Shown piece after piece: positions 10,116 to 20,287 of a stretch of 64,000 nucleotides of DNA; the stretch's first letter is position 1; every line of letters starts with the position of its first letter. The stretch spans positions 17,736 to 81,735 of the IMG/VR virus record IMGVR_UViG_3300033146_003395, one strand, 5' to 3'. Origin of the DNA: a virus. The position numbers and the translations under genes were made by a program. The notes under the pieces were generated by a model. It was not told the DNA's origin. It ran no database searches and worked only from the letters and a program-made list of their open reading frames with translations.

Positions 10116-10427
10116 ATGTCAAAAGTAGATTTAGTAAAAGCTGCTCAAAGTAGAAGCTATATAGAATTTGAAGATTTAGCTCTTCAAGCACTTAAAGAAA
10201 AAGTTCAAGAGAACCCAATTATGACTCAATATTTAGATAAATTAAATATTGCTTCAGGTATAGTTAATGAAGAAGGTGTTTCTAAAGAAGACTTAGCAAA
10301 AGAGTACGGAGTTTCTGTAAAAGAAGTTTCTGATGCTTGGAGTAAAGCTGCTGGTATGGCTAAAGCCGCTGGAAAAGGTTCTAACTTTGGTTATATTGTT
10401 TCTATCGTTAGAGGTATGCTTAAATAA
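10116..10427 (+). CDS. paralog of putative prohead core protein
   Basis: VDLVKAAQ.RSYI.FED.AL...KVQENP shared with 5727..5966; TATAAATA at 10084-10091. Confidence 0.65.
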   Translation: MSKVDLVKAAQSRSYIEFEDLALQALKEKVQENPIMTQYLDKLNIASGIVNEEGVSKEDLAKEYGVSVKEVSDAWSKAAGMAKAAGKGSNFGYIVSIVRGMLK

Positions 10428-10768
10428 ATCTCTATACATACAAAATAAAAGAAATTACTAAAATCTATGATGGTGACACAGTTACTGCAATTATAGATTT
10501 AGGTATGAAAATGTATATTGAAAAATCTATTCGTTTATATGGAATAGACACACCAGAAATTCGCGGTGAAGAAATACCTGAAGGTTTAATTTCACGCGAC
10601 TGGCTTAGGGAAAAATTAAATAATGCTACTGAGATTTATGTTTCAACACATAAAGATAAGAGTGGTAAATATGGTAGATTATTAGGAACTTTATTTATTG
10701 ATAAAGAAATAATTTCTATTAATAATCAATTAGTTCAAGAAGGTTTAGCAGTTTTTAAAACTTACTAA
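10424..10768 (+). CDS. thermonuclease (SNase-like); true start probably upstream of 10505
   Basis: IYDGDT (upstream of called ATG), IRLYGIDTPE, GKYGRLLG, INNQLVQEGLA. Confidence 0.85.
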   Translation: MNLYTYKIKEITKIYDGDTVTAIIDLGMKMYIEKSIRLYGIDTPEIRGEEIPEGLISRDWLREKLNNATEIYVSTHKDKSGKYGRLLGTLFIDKEIISINNQLVQEGLAVFKTY

Positions 10769-10772
10769 CTTA

Positions 10773-11084
10773 CTAATCTGTTGAATTATTTTCTAAACTC
10801 TTCAATAAACTGTAATTTTCTTCAGCCCAAGTTTTATATTGTAACCAATTATTCTTTAAAATAGTTCCATCTATTCTTGGAATAGCGTAATAATCTTCTC
10901 CATTAAAATTAACCATAATAGTTGTATAAGGAACAAACTTCGGTTTGTCTTGTATTGTAGGCAATATACGATTTATATAAACTGTATTTGTAATAATTTC
11001 TGGTTCTATCGGCTCTGGGCAATCTGTACAACCCGTAAAACTAATTACCAATATTGCTGATAATATTAAAAGTACTGTCTTCAT
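10773..11084 (-). CDS. putative o-spanin lipoprotein
   Basis: Signal peptide with lipobox FTGC; Pro-rich; overlaps upstream TM coiled-coil gene. Confidence 0.7.
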   Translation of the reverse strand: MKTVLLILSAILVISFTGCTDCPEPIEPEIITNTVYINRILPTIQDKPKFVPYTTIMVNFNGEDYYAIPRIDGTILKNNWLQYKTWAEENYSLLKSLENNSTD

Positions 11085-11478
11085 CTTCTACCTTTGTTTT
11101 GATTTTTACTTTACACTCTTTATACACAATTGTTTCAGGATACTGTACAGGTTTTTTAAGCTCTTTAATATCATTTCTTAATGTTAGTATTAATTTATCT
11201 TTTAATACTAAACTCTTATTATAAAAACCTTTAAGCACTATTGAATCTCTCTTCATGTCTTTGATAACATAGTTATTACTATTATTAACATGTTTACATG
11301 CTCTAACATTTAAATTTAATGTATTATTATTATTTCTTAATAGTAATATAATTGAATCTTTTTTATTAATAGTAGACTCTAAACTCAAAATATTTGTAAA
11401 TTGGTATAATATATATCCAATTAAAAATATAATACCTAGAACCTTAGGGTCTTTTAATAAATTTAATATAACACTCAT
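11041..11478 (-). CDS. putative i-spanin
   Basis: N-terminal TM helix plus coiled-coil; position in lysis cassette. Confidence 0.65.
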   Translation of the reverse strand: MSVILNLLKDPKVLGIIFLIGYILYQFTNILSLESTINKKDSIILLLRNNNNTLNLNVRACKHVNNSNNYVIKDMKRDSIVLKGFYNKSLVLKDKLILTLRNDIKELKKPVQYPETIVYKECKVKIKTKVEDEDSTFNIISNIGN

Positions 11479-11690
11479 TTGTCATCTGCTCCTTGTGAAG
11501 GTTTGCTAAATAAATTAGCACCTATAATACCAGCCATAGATGTAAAAAATGTTCCAGCTATCATTGCTAAATCTATTACACTTTTATCTACAGCAACTAA
11601 ACCCATTAATCCAAACATTACTGCAATCATTGCAAATAATGCTAACCAAACGAGTTTTTTACGTTGCTCTTCTTTTTGAGATTTAGTCAT
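11475..11690 (-). CDS. putative holin
   Basis: 71 aa, two TM helices, charged termini, next to endolysin. Confidence 0.65.
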   Translation of the reverse strand: MTKSQKEEQRKKLVWLALFAMIAVMFGLMGLVAVDKSVIDLAMIAGTFFTSMAGIIGANLFSKPSQGADDK

Positions 11691-11698
11691 CTTATTCC

Positions 11699-12106
11699 TT
11701 ATGAGTAAAAACTAAGTAAAGTATCTGAGTTCCTAACATCTATATGTAACCAGCTAATTCCTAGTTCAATTCCTTTGATATATGGAAATTCTTCCGGGTT
11801 ATCTAAAATATATTGTCTAACTTCTTCAACATTGTACTTACTAAAAATTGCATCTATGGCATTTCCTAATGAATGCTGAGATGTAGAAGAATAATATTGG
11901 CTAGTAGGTGTTCTTAAACCGGAATCTACTCGTGAGCCATTCCATTTCCAAGTATTAATACTCATTGAGCCATCTGGAAATTTTTCTTTAATTGTATCTA
12001 TTGTTTTAAGTAATAGTGGATTAATTAACTGCCATGCTCTCTGCCCGCGTTTATTAAAAATATCTTCGGGTACTAATTCTTCTATAATAAAATGTTTAGA
12101 TTTCAT
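11699..12106 (-). CDS. endolysin, peptidase M15 family
   Basis: SGLR, SQHSLGNAID, WLHID zinc-peptidase motifs; TATAAATA at 12121-12128. Confidence 0.85.
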   Translation of the reverse strand: MKSKHFIIEELVPEDIFNKRGQRAWQLINPLLLKTIDTIKEKFPDGSMSINTWKWNGSRVDSGLRTPTSQYYSSTSQHSLGNAIDAIFSKYNVEEVRQYILDNPEEFPYIKGIELGISWLHIDVRNSDTLLSFYS

Positions 12107-12130
12107 AATTTTCCTTTAATTATTTATAAA

Positions 12131-12175
12131 TTTAAGCTCGGTTTAATATTAAACATGTTATAATATAGTATATAA
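12131..12175 (+). promoter_or_regulatory. early promoter repeat 1
   Basis: TTTAAGCTCGGTTTAATATTAAACATGTTATAATATAGTATATAA; extended -10. Confidence 0.8.
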
Positions 12176-12188
12176 AGAAGGATATTAC

Positions 12189-12602
12189 ATGGATGATTAT
12201 AAAGATACTATGACTGAATTTGAATTGTTAACTGAAGTGCAAAAGAACTATAAAAGTTTTCTTGATATTGATAAAGCCTTAGCTATTTTTGAACTTGAGA
12301 ACGGCTATAGACCTGATATTATTATAGAAGACCCAAATGATTTTGAAAATGGTTTAGTTGTTCAAGAAACAATTGATAAAATTAATGAAATTAATGGTAA
12401 TGATTTTTGTACAGTAGAAGCAATGGTTTATATGAAAAAACTGGAAAAACTGCAAGAAAGTGGTGAATGTAATATGATCGCTGGTGATGTGAGAGCACGT
12501 ATACAAAGTTATTTATTAGTCGATTATATTGAGGCATCGGTTATTCACCATGCTTATATTGAACATTATTCTGAACTATATCGCCCAGAGACTACAATAT
12601 GA
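12189..12602 (+). CDS. hypothetical protein (weak tag RPETTI)
   Basis: RBS after early promoter. Confidence 0.7.
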   Translation: MDDYKDTMTEFELLTEVQKNYKSFLDIDKALAIFELENGYRPDIIIEDPNDFENGLVVQETIDKINEINGNDFCTVEAMVYMKKLEKLQESGECNMIAGDVRARIQSYLLVDYIEASVIHHAYIEHYSELYRPETTI

Positions 12603-12847
12603 TTTTTGAATTTACAAATTTACAAACATACAGGGTAGAAAATAATTTATATGAATTATTAATTATTCCGCCAAATCATAATATCGTTGCTATGATGAGT
12701 AAAAATGAATTTACAATTACCGTAAGTGTTAATAATTTTAATTACTTGGGAGTTTTCCCTGATGCACAACGAGCACAAGAAAATTTTAAAAGATTATCTA
12801 TAGCTTTATGTTATAATGAAGAAGACCACCCAGAAAGATTTGTATGA
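12599..12847 (+). CDS. PEYFV-tag family protein (HPERFV)
   Basis: ATGA overlaps at both ends. Confidence 0.7.
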   Translation: MIFEFTNLQTYRVENNLYELLIIPPNHNIVAMMSKNEFTITVSVNNFNYLGVFPDAQRAQENFKRLSIALCYNEEDHPERFV

Positions 12848-13014
12848 TAATTGATGAAATGAAATTCCTTACTTTTTTACAAGGATTAACTGAACAACAA
12901 TTAAAAACGGCAATTAATTTAGTTAAAAGAGATTTGTATGTATTTAATAATGTACAAAGTGACATAGAAAAAATGGAAATAATTGCAGAATTTTTTCCGG
13001 AGTATTTGGTTTAA
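12844..13014 (+). CDS. PEYFV-tag family protein, 56 aa (FPEYLV), not in ORF track
   Basis: MIIDEMKFL...AEFFPEYLV; ATGA overlap. Confidence 0.7.
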   Translation: MIIDEMKFLTFLQGLTEQQLKTAINLVKRDLYVFNNVQSDIEKMEIIAEFFPEYLV

Positions 13015-13058
13015 TATAAATTTAATATTAAGATGATATAATAAGTAAAAGGATAAGA

Positions 13059-14933
13059 ATGTCATTAAAGAAATTACAACCCGAAACAATTTATGAAGAA
13101 ACCCAACGTGAGGCTATTGTAAACAGACCGCACAATCTTGCTGGTTCAGTGAAGAGAATGAAAAAAGAGCGTTTTACTATTTCAAAAGACGAGATTAAAT
13201 TACAAGAAACAAATACAATCCCAGCATTACTTAAACTGTTTATGGAAGCATTAGATAATCCTATCGATGTTGCTATCAAAGGTGGTTGTAATCTTATTCA
13301 AGTTAATGTAGATGCTAAATCTATTAGAATTCGTGATAATGGTTATGGTATTTCATCAGCGATAGGAGCAAATGGTGAATATGTTTTATATAAAGCAATG
13401 TGTAAATATAACACATCTGCAAATTATGCTAAAGATGTAAAAGGTCAAGGGCAAAAAGGTGTAAATGGTATTGGTATTAAACTTTGTACGACACTAAGTT
13501 CTTACTTTAAAGTTATTTCAGATGATGGAGTAAAACAAGTAACTGTTATTGCAAAAGATAATAACTTCGTTCACGAAGTTGATGAAGCAAAAACAACAGG
13601 TCAAACTGGAGTTGAAATTAAATTCAAACCAGATTTTAACTTATTTGATACTAATGAAATTGATGAAGAGCATTTAGATAGAATGTATGAATATACATTA
13701 ATCCAAGCATTGACATATCCTGATATTACTTTTAAATTCAATAATAGAGTTATTAAATATACACCAAAGAAATTTCTAGATTTATTTAAAACTGATTATA
13801 TTTCTGATAATCAAGATGACTATTTTATTAGTATCATGCCAAATGCAATGGATGATTTTAGACAAGTATCATTTATTAATGGGCTAGAGACATACAAGGG
13901 TGGTTCTCATATCGATTTTGTTATGGATAAAATCGTTGCTGGAATTAGAACTAAACTTATTAGAAAGCACAAAGGTATTAAACCAGGTGATATTAGGAAT
14001 AAGTTACAGTTAGTTCTAATCGGGAAGGGTATGAAAAATATTGACTGGGAAGGTCAAACTAAATCTGAAATGTCAACACCTAATTCTATATTAGCCGATT
14101 ATTTTAAGAATACAGATTTTGATAAGTTCATTGCTCGTATTTTAAAGAACCCAGATATTATCGACCCAATTACTGAGATTTTTAAACTTAAAGAAGAAGC
14201 TAAGAAAAACTTAGAGCTTAAAAAGTTAGATAGAAAAGGTAAAAAGAAACCTAAATCAGAAAAATTTATGCCTCCAATTGGAGCATGGAAAAATTGTTTT
14301 GTTTGTGAGGGAGACTCTGCAGCAAACTCTGTTTCTAAAATTTTAGGTAGACAAGGTAATGGATTTTATGCAATGTTTGGTGTTCCACCAAACGCTTATG
14401 ATATGGCAATGAAAGATATTATTAAATCTAAAAAAATGTTAGACTTAAAAGACATTCTAGGTTTAAAATTTTCTGAAACTGTTCAAAATGAAATTAATTT
14501 TGATAATATTGTTATCACAACCGATTTCGATTTACCTGGACATTTTATTACTGGTCAACTTATTGGACTATTATATAAATTTGGTAAGAATTTATTTGAA
14601 GAAGGTAGAGTACGTAGATTTATTACTCCTCTTTTAATAGCTACAGATAAAAAGGAGAAGATTGTAGAATGGTTTTATAGTTTCGATGATTATAAAGAAT
14701 TTGAAAAGAAAAATAAATCTAAAAATTATAATTATGACTATAAAAAAGGGTTAGGTAGTTTTGACCCAGAAGAACTAGAGGTAGTTATTGCAAAAGATGG
14801 CCTAGAAAATATGATGGAAATATTCACATTGGATAATATAGCACCTAAGACAATAGATAATTGGCTAGGCGGGGATTCAACACCAAGAAAAGAATATTTG
14901 GCAGATTATAAGTTTGATATTATGAGTATGTAG
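13059..14933 (+). CDS. gp39: DNA topoisomerase II large subunit (ATPase plus TOPRIM, gp39/gp60 fused)
   Basis: EALDN, DNGYGI, GVNGIGIKL, EGDSA, DFDLPGHFI, YKKGLGS. Confidence 0.95.
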   Translation: MSLKKLQPETIYEETQREAIVNRPHNLAGSVKRMKKERFTISKDEIKLQETNTIPALLKLFMEALDNPIDVAIKGGCNLIQVNVDAKSIRIRDNGYGISSAIGANGEYVLYKAMCKYNTSANYAKDVKGQGQKGVNGIGIKLCTTLSSYFKVISDDGVKQVTVIAKDNNFVHEVDEAKTTGQTGVEIKFKPDFNLFDTNEIDEEHLDRMYEYTLIQALTYPDITFKFNNRVIKYTPKKFLDLFKTDYISDNQDDYFISIMPNAMDDFRQVSFINGLETYKGGSHIDFVMDKIVAGIRTKLIRKHKGIKPGDIRNKLQLVLIGKGMKNIDWEGQTKSEMSTPNSILADYFKNTDFDKFIARILKNPDIIDPITEIFKLKEEAKKNLELKKLDRKGKKKPKSEKFMPPIGAWKNCFVCEGDSAANSVSKILGRQGNGFYAMFGVPPNAYDMAMKDIIKSKKMLDLKDILGLKFSETVQNEINFDNIVITTDFDLPGHFITGQLIGLLYKFGKNLFEEGRVRRFITPLLIATDKKEKIVEWFYSFDDYKEFEKKNKSKNYNYDYKKGLGSFDPEELEVVIAKDGLENMMEIFTLDNIAPKTIDNWLGGDSTPRKEYLADYKFDIMSM

Positions 14934-14976
14934 GTCTGGGTTGTTGGGAATTATAAATAATGAAAAGGATAAAATA

Positions 14977-15642
14977 ATGAAATCCAATATTTATAAAGTA
15001 ACATCTAAAACCTCTGGTAAATCTTATATAGGTAAAACTATCAAATCAATATTAAAAAGATTTGATGAACATGTATGGCATAGTTTAAATGAAAATTGCT
15101 TGAAGACACATTTTCATAATGCTATAAAAAAATATGGTAAAGGTGACTTTATTATTGAATTATTAGAATGTGCAGAGAATACTTTAGCAAGTGAGAGGGA
15201 AATATATTGGATAGATTACTTTGATACATTTAATGGCGAAGGCTATAATATGACTGTAGGTGGAGAAGGGTTTGGCATAGGAGAAAATCATCCAATGTAT
15301 AATTCAGCTAGATTCGGAGAATTAAATCCATTTTTTGGTAAAGAACATTCCGAAGAAGCTAAGAAAAAAATTTCAGATGAAGCTAAAGGTTTAGTAGTAG
15401 CAAGAAATAAGGTTACAGGGGAAGTTACTAAAATATTAAAAGAAGAATTTGATTTAAATAATAATTTGGTAGGTATTACTAATGGAATTAAATTACCAAA
15501 ATCTCACAGAGATAATATATCTAAAAGCACCATAGGTAAGAGTAAACCAAGAGTTATATGCGATTTATGTGGATTAAGTATAGATACTAGTAATTTAAAA
15601 AGACACAAAAACGGTAAAAATTGTAAAAAGGAAACACAATGA
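14977..15642 (+). CDS. GIY-YIG (Seg-like) homing endonuclease
   Basis: NIYKVT..GKSYIGKT, GYNMTVGGEG, NPFFGKEHSEE; own TATAAATA at 14952-14959. Confidence 0.85.
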   Translation: MKSNIYKVTSKTSGKSYIGKTIKSILKRFDEHVWHSLNENCLKTHFHNAIKKYGKGDFIIELLECAENTLASEREIYWIDYFDTFNGEGYNMTVGGEGFGIGENHPMYNSARFGELNPFFGKEHSEEAKKKISDEAKGLVVARNKVTGEVTKILKEEFDLNNNLVGITNGIKLPKSHRDNISKSTIGKSKPRVICDLCGLSIDTSNLKRHKNGKNCKKETQ

Positions 15643-16973
15643 AAAAAAGAGACGTAACACATTTTTTTGATAAAGAGTTTACTGACCAAGCAGCTTATAT
15701 AAACTTTAGTAAAATCTCATCAATTATGGGATATAAAGTTACAGCTAATAAAGTATTAAATACAATACTATCTGAGAATATTACTAAGTGGCAAAAAGTA
15801 GAAGTTATTTCGAGCCTAACAGCTCTTAAAACTTTATATCTAGGTGGTTCATCTAATATTGATGGAGTTATTGTAAATAATTCTACTACTTATGTTGGAG
15901 CTAATAATATTTCTGTTATTGATACTAAGGGTGACTTTGGTGGTAGACTGGATAATTTAGCGGCCGCATCAAGATATATTTTCGCTCGTAAAGGTGAAGA
16001 TTTCGATAAATATTTTAATAAAGAAGATTTGAATGTTCTAGAACGTTACAATTTTGAAGGTCAAGACATTGAGTATCAATTCTTAACTTTTAATATTCCA
16101 ATTATTCTATGTAATGGTGGGAAAGGTTTAGGTTCTGGCCACTCATTTAATATTTTTCCTCGTAACCCAGACGAGATTACTAAGTATCTTAAATATAATT
16201 TAGAAGGTAAAAACAAATCCAATAAACCATTTAAGAATAAACCATACTATAAAGGTTGGACTGGTGATATTTCTGCAGGTGAAGAAGAAAACCAATGGGT
16301 GATTGCTGGAAAATTTACTAGAAAAACTAAAGCATTAATTGAAATTACTGAAGTGCCTATTGGTGAAAGTTATAAATCTTATATTAAGAAACTAGATAAA
16401 CTTGTAGAAGCTGGTACTATTAAAGACTACGAAGATTTATGTGATACTAAGGCTGATACATTTCTTTTTAAAGTTAGAACTGATATTGCATTTTCTAAGA
16501 GAACTGATGAAAATATTATGAAGACACTGAAGCTTATCACTACAGATAAAGAAAACTTTACACTGAATGATGAGAATAATGCTATCCGTGTTTATAAAGA
16601 TGCTAATGAGGTTTTCTGGCACTATTATGAAATTAAAATGAAATATTTACAGAAACGTAAAGATTATTTAATTAAGAAAATCACTCAAGATATTCATATT
16701 GATGCAAGTAAATATTTATTCATTAAAATGATTGTTGATGAGAAACTAGTTATTAATAAACGTAAAAAAGATGCAATTGTTAAAGACCTTGATAAAGTAG
16801 AAAAAATATTAAAGCAAGAAGACAGTTATAATTATCTTCTGAATATGAATATTTTATCTTTAACTAAAGAACGTTTAGAGAAATTAATGCAAGATATTAA
16901 AGCCAAAAAAGCTAAACTTGATTTAGTAAAATCTCAAACATTAGAAGCGATGTGGCTTGAGGATCTATCATGA
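15639..16973 (+). CDS. gp52: DNA topoisomerase II medium subunit
   Basis: GDFGGR...AAASRYIF catalytic Tyr motif; NGGKGLGSG. Confidence 0.93.
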   Translation: MKKRDVTHFFDKEFTDQAAYINFSKISSIMGYKVTANKVLNTILSENITKWQKVEVISSLTALKTLYLGGSSNIDGVIVNNSTTYVGANNISVIDTKGDFGGRLDNLAAASRYIFARKGEDFDKYFNKEDLNVLERYNFEGQDIEYQFLTFNIPIILCNGGKGLGSGHSFNIFPRNPDEITKYLKYNLEGKNKSNKPFKNKPYYKGWTGDISAGEEENQWVIAGKFTRKTKALIEITEVPIGESYKSYIKKLDKLVEAGTIKDYEDLCDTKADTFLFKVRTDIAFSKRTDENIMKTLKLITTDKENFTLNDENNAIRVYKDANEVFWHYYEIKMKYLQKRKDYLIKKITQDIHIDASKYLFIKMIVDEKLVINKRKKDAIVKDLDKVEKILKQEDSYNYLLNMNILSLTKERLEKLMQDIKAKKAKLDLVKSQTLEAMWLEDLS

Positions 16974-17173
16974 CATTAATTTTGAAAGATAAACCTATGA
17001 CACTCAATGAGTTTAATAAAGTTGAGCGAAATGTAAGCCGTAAGCTTACAAATTGGCCTGAAGTAATGTTTAATTCTTGGTATTATAAGGGCACAGTCCA
17101 TTTTAAAATATCAGAAAAACATATAGAGATTTTAAGTTTAGAACTTTATATGGTAGGAGATTTAAATGAGTAA
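16970..17173 (+). CDS. hypothetical protein
   Basis: ATGA overlap with gp52. Confidence 0.6.
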   Translation: MTLILKDKPMTLNEFNKVERNVSRKLTNWPEVMFNSWYYKGTVHFKISEKHIEILSLELYMVGDLNE

Positions 17174-17588
17174 ACTTTATGCAAACCCATTTAAGTTGCA
17201 AAACCCATTTGAACCCAATAATCCATATCCAGGTTATAATCAAAGAGATAATGCAGTTGGTACTAAAAAAGTACAAGTTGAAATGAGATTTAGTGACGTT
17301 GTTATGAGTGAGTTGCCGGAAGAAATCAAAGATGAAAAAATTAGAAGACAACTGATTGATAACTTAGTTCAAGAACTTTATAAAAGTGAATTTATAGAAT
17401 TTAAGAAACAGAAACGACCTCAAGATTTTGGATTAGAAACTGATTATGCAGTATCTGTAAATGTTGCTGATAAACAATTTACTAATACAATAGTATCTGA
17501 AAATTATTTTTTCTGGAAAGGCCGTGAATGGTCAGAAGCAGAAATTATTGAAGGACTTAAACAAGCCAACCCCCAATATATAGTTTAA
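17166..17588 (+). CDS. PEYFV-tag family protein (NPQYIV)
   Basis: GGAG RBS; tag variant. Confidence 0.7.
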   Translation: MSKLYANPFKLQNPFEPNNPYPGYNQRDNAVGTKKVQVEMRFSDVVMSELPEEIKDEKIRRQLIDNLVQELYKSEFIEFKKQKRPQDFGLETDYAVSVNVADKQFTNTIVSENYFFWKGREWSEAEIIEGLKQANPQYIV

Positions 17589-17610
17589 TATTAGTGTAAT
17601 TCTTTTCAAA

Positions 17611-17655
17611 TTTAAGCTCCGTTTAATGTTAAACATGGTATAATATAGTATATAA
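17611..17655 (+). promoter_or_regulatory. early promoter repeat 2
   Basis: Near-identical to 12131 copy. Confidence 0.8.
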
Positions 17656-17661
17656 GAAGGA

Positions 17662-17865
17662 TTGAAAATGACAAAAACTAAAATTGAAGAAAAAATCGTT
17701 AAATATACAACAATGTTGAAACATAATCAAGAAATTTTTGATGGTTATGCCCCTTTCGATGATACCAAATGTAATGAAAGAACAGCAGCATTAACAACTG
17801 TTCGCTTATGTGAAAATCTTTTAGAAGAACTAGAAGAATTACATTTAGAGCATGATTATGTTTAA
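17662..17865 (+). CDS. hypothetical protein
   Basis: First ORF after promoter. Confidence 0.6.
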   Translation: MKMTKTKIEEKIVKYTTMLKHNQEIFDGYAPFDDTKCNERTAALTTVRLCENLLEELEELHLEHDYV

Positions 17866-18478
17866 GAGTATTTGGAATAGACTTAAAGGAGATTTTAGCG
17901 AAGAGCATGATAACACTTTACCAGAAATAAAATCTAGACCTCCAATGCCTAAAAATGTAAAAGCACCTAAGATTAAAGTTAATATTATTCCGGTTTTTAA
18001 CCCAACCCAAGCTAATATTGACAAATATTCTAAGGGTGCTAGTTATTCATATACAGATGAGCATAAAGAGCAAGTAGATGGATTTATTAATATTCTGTTT
18101 GAAAATTTTGATACATTAGTTATCGACCATTATAATATTAAATTTAAAGGTACCGCTAAAAAAAGTGCCGCTCATAAATTTCAGATTGAAACTTGGATTG
18201 CAAATGGTGCTTACGCTGTTAAATTCGATTACATTATGAAAAGTGGAAAGACATTTACAACTCGTGTTAATAGAGAACAAGCTGCTAAAGTAATGTTCTT
18301 AAAAGAAAAATTGTTAGATCATAAAGCTAAGAAACTTAAAGATGAACTTAATGCTGAACTTAATATCGAGAGTAAATCATTCACAACTATGGTGACATCA
18401 TCAGGTAAAGAAATTAAAATTACCCAAAAAGATATTATTGATAGTTTAAGAATTACATCACCGGAATATTTTGTATAA
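17852..18478 (+). CDS. PEYFV-tag family protein (SPEYFV)
   Basis: C-terminal tag. Confidence 0.75.
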   Translation: MIMFKSIWNRLKGDFSEEHDNTLPEIKSRPPMPKNVKAPKIKVNIIPVFNPTQANIDKYSKGASYSYTDEHKEQVDGFINILFENFDTLVIDHYNIKFKGTAKKSAAHKFQIETWIANGAYAVKFDYIMKSGKTFTTRVNREQAAKVMFLKEKLLDHKAKKLKDELNAELNIESKSFTTMVTSSGKEIKITQKDIIDSLRITSPEYFV

Positions 18479-18708
18479 TGGAATTACTAGAAAACTTAAA
18501 GGATTTAAAAGGATTTTTAGGACCTAGATTTAAAGAGTTCATTGATGGAAAATATTATGTTCATCGTAATAATTTTTGTAATATAATTGGAGCGGAAGGT
18601 TGTGATGGTTGTGCTTTTGAACCTGTTTGTGATAGTATAGATGAGCTGGAAGAAAATAAGAAACTGGTAAATATTTTAAATCAAGAATATCCAGAATATA
18701 TGGTATAG
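18478..18708 (+). CDS. PEYFV-tag family protein with Cys cluster (YPEYMV)
   Basis: TAATG overlap; C..CDGC...C. Confidence 0.7.
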   Translation: MELLENLKDLKGFLGPRFKEFIDGKYYVHRNNFCNIIGAEGCDGCAFEPVCDSIDELEENKKLVNILNQEYPEYMV

Positions 18709-18716
18709 GAGAAAAA

Positions 18717-19049
18717 ATGAAAAGATTTGATACATTACAAAATAATATTGTTTATATTGAAGCCTATTGGTTTTCTCAAGGTGGAATTGTATTAGCATTT
18801 GATACACTAACAAAAGAGCATAAGTGCTATATTGAAGGTGGAAATAATGTAGGAGATTCTATGGATAAAGATGTTTTACATATTGCTGGATATGGGAGTT
18901 CATTTCCGTTAGAAGCTGCTAAAGGTATTTTTCCAAATTTGGATTTAGATGAGGACTACACAGAAACAAATGCAGAGTATTTTATAGTTTTTGCTTTTAT
19001 AAATATTATGTTATTCAGTTTAACTGGTGTAGCAATACCAATAATATAG
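18717..19049 (+). CDS. PEYFV-tag family protein with read-through extension (NAEYFI + 20 aa)
   Basis: Tag is internal; extension spans the late promoter of the next gene. Confidence 0.65.
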   Translation: MKRFDTLQNNIVYIEAYWFSQGGIVLAFDTLTKEHKCYIEGGNNVGDSMDKDVLHIAGYGSSFPLEAAKGIFPNLDLDEDYTETNAEYFIVFAFINIMLFSLTGVAIPII

Positions 19050-19056
19050 GATTTAT

Positions 19057-19920
19057 ATGAGAATTAAAACACATGAAGATTATTTGATAAAATTAAAATA
19101 TAAAAATATAGAAGTTATACCATTAGAAATGTATACAGCTTCTAAGACTGCGATTTTACATAAATGTATATGTGGGAATGAGTGGGATGTAAAGCCAAAT
19201 ATAGTATTGAATAATCATAAATGTGGATGTATTACTGGGCGAAAAAACAATACTAATGAATGGTATCTAGAAAAGTTAAAAGAAAAAGATATAAAAGTTA
19301 TACCATTAGAAATATATGAAGGTAGCAGTAATAAAATTCTTCATAAATGTATATGTGGAAATGAGTGGAGAACATCACCAGATGTAATTTTTTCTGGAAG
19401 TCTTTGTGGATGTGTATTAGGCCCAAAAAATAATACAAACATATGGTATCTAGAAAAGTTAAAAGAAAAAGATATAAAAGTTATACCATTAGAACCTTAT
19501 ATAGATTCTAAGTCTAAAATTTTACATAAGTGTTACTGTAATAATGAATGGTTAGGTAGACCAATGGATGTACTAAAAGGAATGGGTTGTGGATGTAAAC
19601 GTAACTATTCTTTAAGAGGAGCAGAATTTTATAGAGATAAGAAAACAATCTTATATTATATAAAGATTAAAGGATTAAATAACGAAGATTTATATAAAAT
19701 CGGTGTTACTTTATATAAAGATTCAATAGAGAAAAGTCTAAAGAAAAGATTCTATAGACAAGAATATGAGGTTATAGAGACTGATATATTCGAAGATGGA
19801 AGTGAAGCTTTCACACTAGAACAGTCAATATTAAAATTTAATAGAGAATACAGATACCTAGGTGAAAAAGTTTTATCATCAGGTAATACTGAATTATTTA
19901 TTAAAGATATAAAGGATTAA
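19057..19920 (+). CDS. putative homing endonuclease: three Zn-ribbon repeats plus GIY-YIG-superfamily-like C-terminal domain
   Basis: ILHKCxCxNEW...CGC x3; LYYIKI..YKIGVT..KRF..LEQ..GNTELF; TATAAATA at 18998. Confidence 0.7.
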   Translation: MRIKTHEDYLIKLKYKNIEVIPLEMYTASKTAILHKCICGNEWDVKPNIVLNNHKCGCITGRKNNTNEWYLEKLKEKDIKVIPLEIYEGSSNKILHKCICGNEWRTSPDVIFSGSLCGCVLGPKNNTNIWYLEKLKEKDIKVIPLEPYIDSKSKILHKCYCNNEWLGRPMDVLKGMGCGCKRNYSLRGAEFYRDKKTILYYIKIKGLNNEDLYKIGVTLYKDSIEKSLKKRFYRQEYEVIETDIFEDGSEAFTLEQSILKFNREYRYLGEKVLSSGNTELFIKDIKD

Positions 19921-19921
19921 A

Positions 19922-20287
19922 ATGGGTTATTTAGAAATTATTGGAATCGGATATGCAGTGAACATATTAGCTTATGTTTTTATTATATTAATATCGATAT
20001 TAAATGTGATAGTTAATATGTTATATGGTAATGCTATAGACTTAATGGCTGAGTCTACTGTATTAAAAACATTACATGCAGAATATTACGAACTTAAGAA
20101 ATTAGTCCCTAAGAATATTTCAGGAACACCAGAAGATAAAGCCTTATTCTTTCCGTTTATGTTATTAGTGCCTACATTTAAATTATTTTTCTTTTCTATG
20201 AAATATGGAATGAATAATTATCTAGCTTTAAGGATAATAAAGAAAAATACTGAAATGAAAGAGTGGATAAAAGCAAATGAGAAATAA
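19922..20287 (+). CDS. hypothetical membrane protein
   Basis: Hydrophobic segments; RBS. Confidence 0.65.
   Translation: MGYLEIIGIGYAVNILAYVFIILISILNVIVNMLYGNAIDLMAESTVLKTLHAEYYELKKLVPKNISGTPEDKALFFPFMLLVPTFKLFFFSMKYGMNNYLALRIIKKNTEMKEWIKANEK

Noticed and set aside
14934-15642. Intron or intein splitting topoisomerase
   Set aside because: Both flanking genes are complete separate subunits, and the endonuclease is free-standing with its own promoter and RBS.
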